A DNA stretch of 64,000 bases from Dehalococcoidia bacterium (GTDB taxonomy: Bacteria > Chloroflexota > Dehalococcoidia > Lucifugimonadales > UBA3495), in NCBI GenBank assembly GCA_965216065.1, contig CBDCFB010000002.1, positions 756 through 64,755 of the forward strand, written 5' to 3'. Positions 38,951 to 48,195 of the stretch are shown here, in pieces. The stretch's first letter is position 1. The number at the start of each line of letters is the position of its first letter. The notes below the pieces were generated by a model. It was not told where the DNA came from. It saw only the letters and a list, made by a program, of their open reading frames with translations, and searched no databases. A program made the translations under genes and the position numbers.

Positions 38951-40300
38951 CTACAGCCCGCCAATTGCGACGGCGTTGCTGGATGTCGCCTCTACGGTTC
39001 TGCGGTCCCGGGTGGGGTCGCTGCTGGAAATGACGAGGTTCCCGGACGCGTTACGGGGACCGCTGGCTCCGTCGTAGTAGGTGATGGAGACCTTCAGGAG
39101 TTTGCCTTGGTCCGCTGCCGCGGGAGCATAGCACCCCGGGGATGAACATCTGCTGTTGTTGCCGCCAAACAACGTGAAAGGGCCAATTGCGGTATAGGCT
39201 TTGTGCCACTGTGCCTAGACGACCCGCAGCTCACCATCCGAGTCAGTCAAGACGGCATTGAGCACACTGCCCACCGCCGGCGTCGGTGGAATCAGGGTGA
39301 TGCTTCCCGCCTCGTCGATGTTCTTGACGCGAATCGTGACGGAGACTGAATCGTCGGTCAGGGCCGGGCTTTCCGCGTTGCCGGAGGCGTCCTCGCCATC
39401 GGTCACGTCGACCGTGATGGAGTAAGAACGCTTCACCTCGTAGTTGGGAGACGCGCCGGACTTCACGGTTATCTCGCCGGTGCTCGCGTTCATGGCAAAG
39501 ACCCGGTTGAATCCAGCGGCGTCCGCTCCGGAGACCGAGTGGGTGACGGAGTCGTTGTCCGGGTCCGCGGCCGTCGTCTGGCCTACGACGGCGCCGGCGT
39601 CGGCGTTCTCGTTCACCTCCATGGTCAAGGGAGCCGCAGGGTCGATGCAGGGAAAGACCGGTTGTGTTATGGACGGCGTATCTCCACTGGCATGGACGGC
39701 CATCCTCATCCTGTACCCGTTGGGCCTTTCGGCGGTGACGAAAGCAGGGCGCCACCCGGCGTTGCCTCGGTGGGACATCTTGTCACCCATGGACCACCCT
39801 GCCGCGGAGAGTTCATGCCTTGACCCCGTGACGCCGAATGCCAAGGAGTCCTGTACCGATAAGACCAACCAGTAGCGGGCATTGGCTTCGAGCGTAACGC
39901 CGCTGCTCGTGAAGTCCTCATTGGATGAAATGGTATTGTCAAAGGTCGTCGGGTTGGAGAGTGTGGCAACCGTCTGACCCGGCTCACCCGACCGGTCAGC
40001 GCGTATGGTCACCGATGGGGCCGGATTGGGACCGCTGGTGCTTCTCGTGGCCAAGCGCACCTTGGCGAGAGCAACAGCGAAGGGGCCGGTGCAGAATGAC
40101 TGTGCGTATTGCTGGCCCTCGCCCAGTGAGATTTGGCTGGTTTCCGCCGCTTCCAGGTTGCTGACCCTGACCGTTTCGGTCGACTGCGCTCCCGCGGTGG
40201 TGACGCCTGCCACCGCGAGCACGACCGCCATGACGATGGCCGGCGCCCAGAGCCCATGCAGTCGAGGCCGGGCGCCCTGTTTGCCATCCTCATCCGTCAT
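38951..40300 (-). pseudogene. Secreted surface protein (QSF-type module + cadherin-like domain) interrupted by one in-frame TAG
   Basis: The 361-aa ORF 39215..40300 has a signal peptide, one RVSNLEA...AQSF...YWLVLSV module and a cadherin-like domain (VNENADAGAVVGQTTAADPDNDSVTHSVSGADAAGF...TGEITV). The same frame continues after the TAG (39215-39217) for 87 more codons (…AADQGKLLKVSITYYDGASG…). The N-terminal ORF could still be expressed. Confidence 0.65.
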
Positions 40301-40665
40301 CTCAGAACTCCTCTCGTGCTCCTCGGTTTGCTATCCCTCTGCTCTCACCAGTCCGTCGATCAACAGGAGCCATGCGCCGAGCCCTCAACCCAATCGTTGT
40401 TCTGACCGCCCGATCCGCTGTCCCCTCCGAGCTCAATAGCGCCCAATGCTTGTGGGCCTATGCCCCACCTGTAAGTTTCGGGCCGCTCCATAGGCTAAAC
40501 AAGGTTCGTTTGCAACGTTTCCAAGTAGGACTTTGGACGCAACGTTATATGGGGCATTCAGTGATGCGTCTACGCCTTCTTATGAAGGCGCTTATTGCAT
40601 TATTTATATGTGCTGTTTGTTAGGGCGTTTAGCATGGATATTTACGTACTAATGCCTACACATCA

Positions 40666-40729
40666 TTGGGTGCATTGAAGTCTCGACAACGCCGCGCTGG
40701 CGCGGTACGTTTGGGACGCCGGATGCGAC
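40666..40729. repeat. 64-nt repeat with GC palindrome (copy 2)
   Basis: ttgggtgcattgaagtctcgacaacgccgcgctggcgcggtacgtttgggacgccggatgcgac. Compare 28127-28190. Confidence 0.6.
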
Positions 40730-40762
40730 GGCCTCACGCCATCAAGTGAGAGAGGTCCATGG

Positions 40763-42046
40763 ATGTCAATGTCAGGGAGAGGTCCCGTCAGCACGCGTAC
40801 CATCCCCGCAGCATCGCAACGCGGGTTGCGCCGGCGGGCGAGAGGTCCGGCCATGCCCGGCGCCGAACTGCGCAGGCGGGTTCTCCGGGCCGTCCGTGCC
40901 GACCCGGACGTGATGCTGTACGCCGCGCGGGTCTCGGTCTGGGCGCGCTGGCTTTTGATGCTCGTCGCCGTGGTCGAATTGGCCTATCGGCCAGAGTTCT
41001 GGTACGCCACCGACAAGGAGTACCTGTTCCTGAGCCTGCCGCTGCCGGTGTTCAACGGGTTCCTCCACTACCGGCTCCGGAGGGACCGGGCGGTGACGTG
41101 GCGCTGGCTCCTCTTCCTCAGCGCCGTGGATATCGCTCTCATCACCGCCGTCGTCATCATCGGCAGCGACTTCCACCTCTTCAGCTACGTGGCCTACTAT
41201 CCCGCCCTGGCGCTGTTCGCGGTCGTCTTCCCGTACCTTTGGCTCAGCCTCGCCTGGGCGACGATGGCCGGGGCCATCTATGCCGTCGTCAGCCTGATGG
41301 TGGGCCCCGGCCTCGATTTCGATGCCGGTCAGGAGAAGGCCCTGCTCGCCAGGGTGATGGCCATGTATGGGGTCGTCGCATCCGTCAGCCTCATCGCCCG
41401 GTTCGAACGGGTCAGGCGGCAGGAGTCCGCGGAGCGGGAAAGGGAGCTGCAGCGGGAGCGCATCGAGCTCTCCCAGACCATTCACGACACCGTCGCGCAG
41501 ACCGCTTACATGATCAGCCTGGGGATACACCGGGCCATCAGGCAGGCCGGAGGCTCCAACGAGGAGCTCACCGCCACGCTGGCCGCCACCGCATCGCTGT
41601 CGAAGGCGGCCATCTGGGAGTTGCGGCGTCCCATCGACGAGGGCCACCTCTTCGAGGGGAGGGAGCTGGGCCGGGTGCTCTCGTCGCACACCGAGACTTT
41701 TTCGCAGGTCTCGTCGATCCCCGCCGAGATGCTGCAGTCCGGGACCGAGCCTCCGCTTGCCGTGGAGACCCGGGCCCGCCTCTTCTCCATCGCCCACAAC
41801 GCGCTCACCAACGCATTCCTGCACGCCCGGGCCGGCCGGGTCGAGGTCCGGCTGGACTTCGGGGCCAACGGCATCCGGCTGTCCGTCTCGGACGACGGGG
41901 GCGGCCTGCCCGAAGACTACGCCGAGCGCGGCCGGGGATTCAGGGGCATGAGAGCGGACGCCGAGCGGCTGGGCGGCAGGCTCATCGTGGAGACCGGCGG
42001 AGACAGCGGGGGAACGACCGTGACCTGCGAGACACCCTACAGGTAG
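40763..42046 (+). CDS. Membrane sensor histidine kinase (HisKA_3/NarX-type, HATPase_c)
   Basis: Five to six predicted transmembrane helices, a coiled linker (ERERELQRERIELSQ), H-box TIHDTVAQ and N/G boxes (HNALTNAFLHA, DDGGGLP, GFRGM). Exact start uncertain. Confidence 0.85.
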   Translation: MSMSGRGPVSTRTIPAASQRGLRRRARGPAMPGAELRRRVLRAVRADPDVMLYAARVSVWARWLLMLVAVVELAYRPEFWYATDKEYLFLSLPLPVFNGFLHYRLRRDRAVTWRWLLFLSAVDIALITAVVIIGSDFHLFSYVAYYPALALFAVVFPYLWLSLAWATMAGAIYAVVSLMVGPGLDFDAGQEKALLARVMAMYGVVASVSLIARFERVRRQESAERERELQRERIELSQTIHDTVAQTAYMISLGIHRAIRQAGGSNEELTATLAATASLSKAAIWELRRPIDEGHLFEGRELGRVLSSHTETFSQVSSIPAEMLQSGTEPPLAVETRARLFSIAHNALTNAFLHARAGRVEVRLDFGANGIRLSVSDDGGGLPEDYAERGRGFRGMRADAERLGGRLIVETGGDSGGTTVTCETPYR

Positions 42047-42065
42047 CTGTTGAGAGGAGACCGGG

Positions 42066-42767
42066 ATGTCGTTGACGAAACAAATCAGGGTGATGCTGGC
42101 GGATGACCATCCCATCATGCGGGACGGCCTGCGGGACGCCCTGCAGGATGAGGGGGACTTCGAGGTTGTCGGATCGGCCGGAGACGGGGTTGAGGCGGTG
42201 AGCATGGCACAGAGCCTCGAGCCCGAGGTCATCGTCATGGACGTGATCATGCCGAACAAGGACGGCGTGGACGCCTGCCGGGAGATCATGGAACTGCTGC
42301 CGGAGACGCGGGTGCTGATGCTGACGGCCTCGACCACCGAGGATGCGGTCGTGGATGCCGTCGCCGCCGGCGCGACGGGCTACCTGCAGAAGCACTCGGG
42401 GCCGGAGGAGCTGGCGGAGGCGATCCGGGAGGTGGCCCAGGGCCGTCTGCGCATACCGGACAAGGCCATCAGGCGGGTCTTCGAGCTGATCCGCGGCCAG
42501 CGGGGCCTCACCGCCAACCGGGCCCTGGAAAGGATGACCGCGGTAGAGAGGGAGATCCTGACGCTGTTTGCCAGCGGCAGGTCATACGCCCAGATCGCCG
42601 AGGCCAGGGGCAACAAGACCGTGAGCGTCAGGAACGCCGTCTACCGCATTCAGGACAAAGTGGGCGTCCATTCGAAACAGGAACTCGTGATCTGGGCCGT
42701 GCGGAACGGCCTGCTGGATGAGGTCGCAGCGGGCGTTGACTCCCCGCCACCGCCGGAGGGGCGGTGA
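42066..42767 (+). CDS. NarL/LuxR-family response regulator
   Basis: REC domain (VMLADDHPIMRDG...VIVMDVIMP...LTAS) plus a LuxR HTH (LTAVEREILTLFASGRSYAQIAEARGNKTVSVRNAVYRIQDKVG). Confidence 0.9.
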   Translation: MSLTKQIRVMLADDHPIMRDGLRDALQDEGDFEVVGSAGDGVEAVSMAQSLEPEVIVMDVIMPNKDGVDACREIMELLPETRVLMLTASTTEDAVVDAVAAGATGYLQKHSGPEELAEAIREVAQGRLRIPDKAIRRVFELIRGQRGLTANRALERMTAVEREILTLFASGRSYAQIAEARGNKTVSVRNAVYRIQDKVGVHSKQELVIWAVRNGLLDEVAAGVDSPPPPEGR

Positions 42768-43176
42768 CCCACGACCAGCCGCTTGCAGGCCGGGCTGCTG
42801 GTTTCAGCTGAGCCAGCCGACGTTGCTTGGGGGGCGCTGAACCGGGCAAATCGACTATGCCGTGGTGGAGAAGGCCCAAGCCACAGTCCAGCGGACGGGG
42901 GGTGATTACCCTTTGGAAGTAACCTTGCAGCCCTTGCTCTTCAACCGTTGGCAGACAGGGCCCGTTGTGTCCCCCGGTTACGTCCGGCGGTCAGAAGCCC
43001 GGTTGTGCGAACCGCATTTTCAGCGTTCAACGGCCCTTTCCGGTGTGCGAGTGTATTCCCAGGACCAACTGGGTGCAGGGATTGTTCCCACGCCACAACC
43101 AAGATAAAAGTTGACGCTGAACACCCTGCTCGCATGCCCGCCCCCCTCCTCGAGCTGTCGTTGTAAAATTGGGGAA

Positions 43177-43494
43177 ATGCCCAGCAAAGTCCCGGTCAAA
43201 TGCGCCATTCCCGGCTGCCACCGCCGGCTGAAGATGACCCTCGCCGAACGCGAGGACCTGAGGCGGGCGGGACGCGAGAACAACGCCACGGCGGGCCTCG
43301 TCTGCCCCGTCCACGTGAGGGCCGCCTTCAACTTCGAATTCGACGATATCGACATCGATGTCCCGCTGGGGGAACTCCTGGTCGAGGCGTCCAAGGAAAC
43401 ACCCCGTTGGCGCGTGATGCTGACACCGCTGCCGGGGGCGGCGGGTGAGCCGGACAGCCAGTCCACGCCAGGGTGGGGCGACAGGGTTATCTAG
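43177..43494 (+). CDS. Hypothetical protein
   Basis: ORF with ATG at 43177. Cys/His-containing N-terminus (CAIPGCHRRL...CPVH). No family recognised. Confidence 0.3.
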   Translation: MPSKVPVKCAIPGCHRRLKMTLAEREDLRRAGRENNATAGLVCPVHVRAAFNFEFDDIDIDVPLGELLVEASKETPRWRVMLTPLPGAAGEPDSQSTPGWGDRVI

Positions 43495-43643
43495 TCCATC
43501 CACGCGGCCCGTAGCTCCCGGGAGAATTCAGGCAATTTCAGAGTGCAATAACCGGCCGGTCTGGCCGATCCTGTAGCCGCATCCGGCGGGAGGGTTTCCT
43601 TTGGTTATAATGCTGGCAGCCTCCGGAACAGGAGCCTTCGATT

Positions 43644-43808
43644 ATGGCCACACCCCCCGAATCCGTTGAAATCTACTGCTTGAAGTGCCGGGCCAAGACC
43701 GGCTCACGGGATGTTGAACAGGTGACCCTGAAGAACGGACGTCCCGCCCTGCGCGCTGTGTGCACTGTGTGCGGCACAGGCAAGTCCCGCATCTGCTCCG
43801 CCGGCTGA
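43644..43808 (+). CDS. DUF5679-like small zinc-ribbon protein (54 aa; below the ORF-track cutoff)
   Basis: My own translation: MATPPESVEIYCLKCRAKTGSRDVEQVTLKNGRPALRAVCTVCGTGKSRICSAG. The CxxC...CxxC pattern with KNGR matches the DUF5679 pattern as I recall it. Confidence 0.55.
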   Translation: MATPPESVEIYCLKCRAKTGSRDVEQVTLKNGRPALRAVCTVCGTGKSRICSAG

Positions 43809-43924
43809 ACCTGAGCCGCCAGGTGGGCCTCCGGCTACACCCGCCTCGTGTGGCGCGTCAGGGAGTGCAACTTCTGCACCGGGAAATGTCCAGGGTGGCA
43901 TCACCGGCCCAGGCTTTCAGCGGC

Positions 43925-46141
43925 CTACAGGAGGCCGAGTCGCTCGGAGCCACCTTCAGGAAACGCCGTCCTGCTTCCTGTCTCCGTCTCAGAAAGCCGG
44001 ACCCTGAGCATGGAGTTGCGCTCCCCGGGACGGTCGTTGCGCACTGCCATGGCCAGCGCCCGTCGGCTTCCGACAACCACGACCAGTTTCCTGCCCCTGG
44101 TGATCGCGGTGTACAGCAGGTTGCGCTGTAGCATCGGGTAATGTTGCGTCAAAAGCGGAACCACCACCGCGGGAAACTCGCTCCCCTGGGCCCGGTGTAC
44201 GGTCATTGCGAAGGAGGGCTGAAGTTCGTCGAGTTCCGAGAAATCGTAGTCCACGCCGGTTTCCTCGAAGCTCACCGTGATCCGCCCGGCGGCCTGGTCC
44301 ACCCCGGTAACCCAGCCCAGATCGCCGTTGAACACATCCTTGTCGTAGTTGTTGACCGACTGGAGCACACGGTCGCCCACCCGGAAAGTCCGTCCGAAGC
44401 GTGTTACCTCGGTTCCCGCCGGATTGAGGGCCTCCCGAAGCCTGTCGTTGAGCCGATGGACGCCTACGTCCCCCCGGTTCATGGGACACAGAACCTGAAC
44501 GTCCCGCATGGGACGCAATCCGAACCGCGCCGGGATCCGCTCCGCGCAGATGCGGACGACGGCATTGGCTGCCGCCTCCGGTTCTCCGGCTTCGACGAAG
44601 TAGAAGTCCCCCTGGGAGTCACTGGAGCCGAGAGAGGGCAGGCGGCCCTGGTTGACCCGGTGGGCCGCCTCCACGATGCCGCTCCGATCCCCTTGACGGA
44701 AGATCCGCTCAAGACGAAGGAAGGGTACAACTCCGGACTGAAGAACGTCCCCAAGGAACTTGCCGGGCCCGACGGAGGGCAGTTGGTTCGCATCTCCGAC
44801 GAATAGCACCGAGGCGTGGCGAGGCACGGCCTGCAGCAGGTGATGGCACAGCACGATGTCCAGCATTGAGGTCTCGTCGACCACCACGGCATCGGCGCCC
44901 AGGGGCCGCTCGGCGTCTCGTCCGTACCGGCCCTCCCCGGGCTTGAACTCCAGCAGACGGTGCAGCGTCTGAGCTTCCCGACCAGCGGCCTCTCCCAGAC
45001 GCTTGGCCGCCCTCCCGGTGGGAGCCGCCAGGGCCACCCGCTGGCCAAGAGCCTCGAGGATCGATATCACGGCCCGCAGTATGGTTGTCTTGCCGGTGCC
45101 AGGCCCGCCCGTCAGAACGAAGACCTTTTGCGACACGGCTTCGTGCACCGCCTGCCTCTGCTCCCCGGTCAGCTCCACTCCCATCCGGCGGCTGGCCCAC
45201 TCCACGGCGGCCGGAGCGTCGAACTCGCGCCGCTGCCCGGGGCTGGTCACCAGGACCCTGATGGAATCGGCCACGGCTCGCTCGGCAAGATAGAAGCCCC
45301 GAAGGAAGACGGCTTCTCCATCCAGCACGATCCGTCCCGCCTTCCGCAGGCTTCCCACCGCCGCCGTCAGCAGCTCCCCGGGGAGGTCGAAACGGGTTCG
45401 ACACTCTAGGATCAGCTCAGCATTGGGAGTGAAGACGTGGCCCTCGCCGGCCTGCTCCAGCAGCAGGTGCTCCAGGGCGGCCTGGGCCCGGTGGGGCGAA
45501 TGCTCGTCTATCCCCATCTCCCGGGCGATCTTGTCGGCGGTGATGAAACCAATCCCCCGCACGTCCTGGGCCAGCCGGTAGGGGTTCTCCTGAACGACCT
45601 TCACCGCGTCCTGGCCGTATGTCTTGTAGATGCGGGTGGAGTAGGCGGCGCTGACCCCGTGTCCCTGCAGGAACAGCATCACGCCCCGTATCTCCTGCTG
45701 CTCCACCCAAGCCCGTTTGATGCTCTCCACCCGGCGGGGGCCGACACCCGGCGCCTCGGCCAGACGCTCCGGCTGCTCATCGATCACTCGCAGGGTCTCG
45801 TCGCCGAAGCAGTCCACCAGCCTTCCGGCAAGCACCGGGCCGATGCCCTTCACCAGGCTCGAGGCCAGGTAGCGGCGCACGGCATTGGCGCTGGCAGGCA
45901 GCTGGGAGCTGTAGCTGTCAGCCCGAAACTGATAGCCATGGATGGGATGATTTATCCACCTGCCTCGCAGGTGCAGCCGCTCTCCCGGCTGAATTCCCGG
46001 CATGGTTCCGGCAACGGTCACCAGGTCGCCTCTGCCCGGAACCACAAGGCGGCAGATGGTGAATCCAGACTCCTCCGAGCTGTAGACCAGCCTTTCGACC
46101 TCGCCACGCAGCTGTTCCAGGTCGTTCGTCATGGGATTCAT
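43925..46141 (-). CDS. recD2: RecD2-like SF1 DNA helicase (RecD/TraA family)
   Basis: ATG at 46141. OB-fold and HhH N-terminal region (GFTICRL...VKGIGPVLA), Walker A (TGGPGTGKTT), Walker B (VVVDETSM) and C-terminal SH3-like and AAA_30 motifs (TVHRAQGSEF). Confidence 0.85.
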   Translation of the reverse strand: MNPMTNDLEQLRGEVERLVYSSEESGFTICRLVVPGRGDLVTVAGTMPGIQPGERLHLRGRWINHPIHGYQFRADSYSSQLPASANAVRRYLASSLVKGIGPVLAGRLVDCFGDETLRVIDEQPERLAEAPGVGPRRVESIKRAWVEQQEIRGVMLFLQGHGVSAAYSTRIYKTYGQDAVKVVQENPYRLAQDVRGIGFITADKIAREMGIDEHSPHRAQAALEHLLLEQAGEGHVFTPNAELILECRTRFDLPGELLTAAVGSLRKAGRIVLDGEAVFLRGFYLAERAVADSIRVLVTSPGQRREFDAPAAVEWASRRMGVELTGEQRQAVHEAVSQKVFVLTGGPGTGKTTILRAVISILEALGQRVALAAPTGRAAKRLGEAAGREAQTLHRLLEFKPGEGRYGRDAERPLGADAVVVDETSMLDIVLCHHLLQAVPRHASVLFVGDANQLPSVGPGKFLGDVLQSGVVPFLRLERIFRQGDRSGIVEAAHRVNQGRLPSLGSSDSQGDFYFVEAGEPEAAANAVVRICAERIPARFGLRPMRDVQVLCPMNRGDVGVHRLNDRLREALNPAGTEVTRFGRTFRVGDRVLQSVNNYDKDVFNGDLGWVTGVDQAAGRITVSFEETGVDYDFSELDELQPSFAMTVHRAQGSEFPAVVVPLLTQHYPMLQRNLLYTAITRGRKLVVVVGSRRALAMAVRNDRPGERNSMLRVRLSETETGSRTAFPEGGSERLGLL

Positions 46142-46235
46142 GATACACACCCCCCCAAGCTTCCCGGCGACGACGATCCCAGCAGCACCTGTTGCGTCGC
46201 AGGCGCTTGCACCAGGAGGGGATGCTGGTGCAAAC

Positions 46236-46397
46236 GACGGCAGCCAGCACCACTGGCTGGAGGACCGGGGAACGAAGCTGACGCTGCTCATCGCCGTGGA
46301 CGACGACATCGGCACCGTGGCCCAGGCCGTCCTACGCGCCGGTGAGAATACCCGGGGCTACCCGGTGCTCCTGGAAGGCCTGGTCCGGCAGCGGGGC
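46236..46397 (+). pseudogene. Fragment of an rve-type DDE integrase/transposase
   Basis: DGSQHHWLEDRGTKLTLLIAVDDDIGTVAQAVLRAGENTRGYPVLLEGL resembles the catalytic-core start of ISNCY/IS481-like integrases. About 55 aa only. Confidence 0.45.
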
Positions 46398-46418
46398 GGT
46401 TCATGCGCTACCATCCCT

Positions 46419-46517
46419 CCCTGCTTGCACTGTCGGCAGGAAATCACCACCAAGGGCGTCGTCCAGTGGTGTAGGACAGTCCGTCGGCCGTGCCCCCACT
46501 GCGGGAAGCCGCACTGA
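46419..46517 (+). pseudogene. Fragment of the zinc-ribbon gene found intact at 48790..49095
   Basis: PCLHCRQEITTKGVVQWCRTVRRPCPHCGKPH versus RCLHCNQEIHAKGGVAWRRAVRNPCPHCGKPGW. About 70 percent nucleotide identity by eye. Opposite orientation. Confidence 0.6.
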
Positions 46518-46655
46518 TGAAAGGAGGCTGCTACCAGGCAGTGTTGACGCGCGCAGGTCGTTTTCCGCCAGTCTCTTCTGCGGCCGTTGATGCCCCTGGT
46601 TCCGGGTAAATTGAAGGTGCGCTGAACGGTGCCGACGGTGTCGTTGGGCTGTACT

Positions 46656-46830
46656 GGGTCATCAGCTCATTCCAGCCGGGACGGGACAGGGAGCTGCCAG
46701 TCATCCCGCCGGTGAAGATGTGCTCCTCGCGGATCCCGAACTCCTGGAGCATGTGGAGCTGCGTTTCAGGGCTCCGCGTGGCATCGTCGGGCTTGCTGAC
46801 CCGGGCGTAGCCGTAGGTGGCGGGGATCAT
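46656..46830 (-). pseudogene. Serine recombinase N-terminal fragment
   Basis: MIPATYGYARVSKPDDATRSPETQLHMLQEFGIREEHIFTGGMTGSSLSRPGWNELM parallels residues 1-58 of the intact recombinase at 48192..48785. The rest of ORF 46531..46830 is unrelated. Confidence 0.75.
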
Positions 46831-47122
46831 GAGGTCAACCTCGCATAAGGCCCCTTATGTCTAAGCGACTCGGATCTAACTCCCATCATTATTCGCAGAC
46901 TGGTCCTGTCCAACCAACTAACTCGAGACAGGACGTATTCCAGAAACAACCGCTGGCGCAGTCGAACGTGTACCAGTGATACTTTTCCTGTTCTTTGATT
47001 TTCGAATAGAACCGGGAGATTAATATTCCCTTGAAGTTTTCCTTCACCCTTTTCCAGTCGATATGCAGCCCAAAGCCGCAACCTGCTCGAGCGGCCAATG
47101 GTCCGGTCTTCTCTCTCTTCGC

Positions 47123-47567
47123 CTAGCGGCCTATGTCGGCCGACCACTCTTCCGGCTTTGCCTCAATGAAGGCCCTGAGCGTCCGCCCGGCCTTCTCGAG
47201 GTCCAGGTCGGCCAGTTCTACTCCATATCTGACCAGGAGCTCGCGACCCTTGTCCTCCGGTAAGTTTCTGGACTCCCCGTACACCACCTTGATGATGCCG
47301 AAGTGCACGATGGCTCCGGCGCAATTGTTGCAGGGGCATGAGCGTGGAGTACATGGTCATCCCCCGGAAGCTGCTCAGCTTCTGGCCGGCGTTAAGCAGG
47401 CAGTAGGTCTCCGCGTGCATGACGCAGGCCCCTTCCTGCAGCCGGCGATTGCGACCGGTGGCGACCACCGTCCCCCCGGCGTTTACCAGGACTGCTCCGA
47501 TGGGGACGCCTCCCTCCCTGGCACCGGTGCGGGCTTCCTCGAGTGCTGTAATCATGTACTCGCCCAT
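47123..47567 (-). pseudogene. CDA-fold deaminase (yeast-type cytosine deaminase / guanine deaminase-like) with +1 frameshift
   Basis: GGVPIGAVLV...HAE...MYSTLMP, then the frame breaks in a 4-nt homopolymer (47333-47336) exactly at the PCxxC zinc motif. The other frame reads PCNNCAGAIVHFGIIKVVYGE...AFIEAKPEEW. Confidence 0.75.
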
Positions 47568-47663
47568 GACTGCACCCCATATGTCCCAGGTTCAGGCTGG
47601 GTTGCGGGCAAATCATCCGTCTACCCTGGCGCGAATCCTTGAATGTTTCAGCTGGGCTTTGGT

Positions 47664-48083
47664 CTAGTCGATTTGTTGCAGCACCTCTCCGGATAATTCC
47701 GTGATCTTGTCTATCTTAATGAGGACCGCGACACCCAGGCGTTCAGGATCCCGGTCCAGTTCGGCTTGGACGCAGCGGTCCATGACTTCTTGGCGAATGG
47801 GACCGTCTTCGTGAACGGTTGCCTTGCCGTGGAACCGCCACCTCACCCGGTCGGCGGCGTGGTCGTAGTAGACGACGACCTGCGGATTCTCGGCAACGTT
47901 GTCCAAGGCCGACCGCTTGGCCCGCTCCCAATAGGCCAGTGTATTTCTGTCGAAGGCCATCACGCTTCCCTTGGGGCTTATCTGGGGTTCGCCGTCCTTG
48001 GAGGCCGTGCCCACCAGGCAGGGATATCCGTCGGCTAAAGCGCTGTCCAACCGCGATACCATCTCGTCAGTCAAATTGATCAT
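47664..48083 (-). CDS. Pyridoxamine 5'-phosphate oxidase-family (FMN-binding split-barrel) protein
   Basis: 139 aa. CLVGTASKDGEPQISPKGS...LAYWERAKRSALDNVAENPQVVVYY. Confidence 0.7.
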   Translation of the reverse strand: MINLTDEMVSRLDSALADGYPCLVGTASKDGEPQISPKGSVMAFDRNTLAYWERAKRSALDNVAENPQVVVYYDHAADRVRWRFHGKATVHEDGPIRQEVMDRCVQAELDRDPERLGVAVLIKIDKITELSGEVLQQID

Positions 48084-48195
48084 CGTGGTCTATCTCCTTG
48101 GGAGCAACGGCAGTTTGTAAGGCCTTGTCCCTGCCCTCGGCATAGCAGGTGCAGGGCTCGGGGCAATCGCAGACCGGTCGGTCCCGACCAGTCAT
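48067..48195 (-). CDS. Small Cys-rich protein (CDCPEPCxCYAEG family), 42 aa
   Basis: MTGRDRPVCDCPEPCTCYAEGRDKAL... A paralog lies at 60400..60537. Overlaps the neighbouring genes by a few nt (operon-like). Confidence 0.5.
   Translation of the reverse strand: MTGRDRPVCDCPEPCTCYAEGRDKALQTAVAPKEIDHDDQFD

Noticed and set aside
40772-42337. 521-aa minus-strand ORF, plus the alternative plus-frame ORF 40759..42075
   Set aside because: Both overlap the histidine kinase and response regulator genes, which carry clear catalytic motifs. The overlapping frames are low-complexity GC artefacts.
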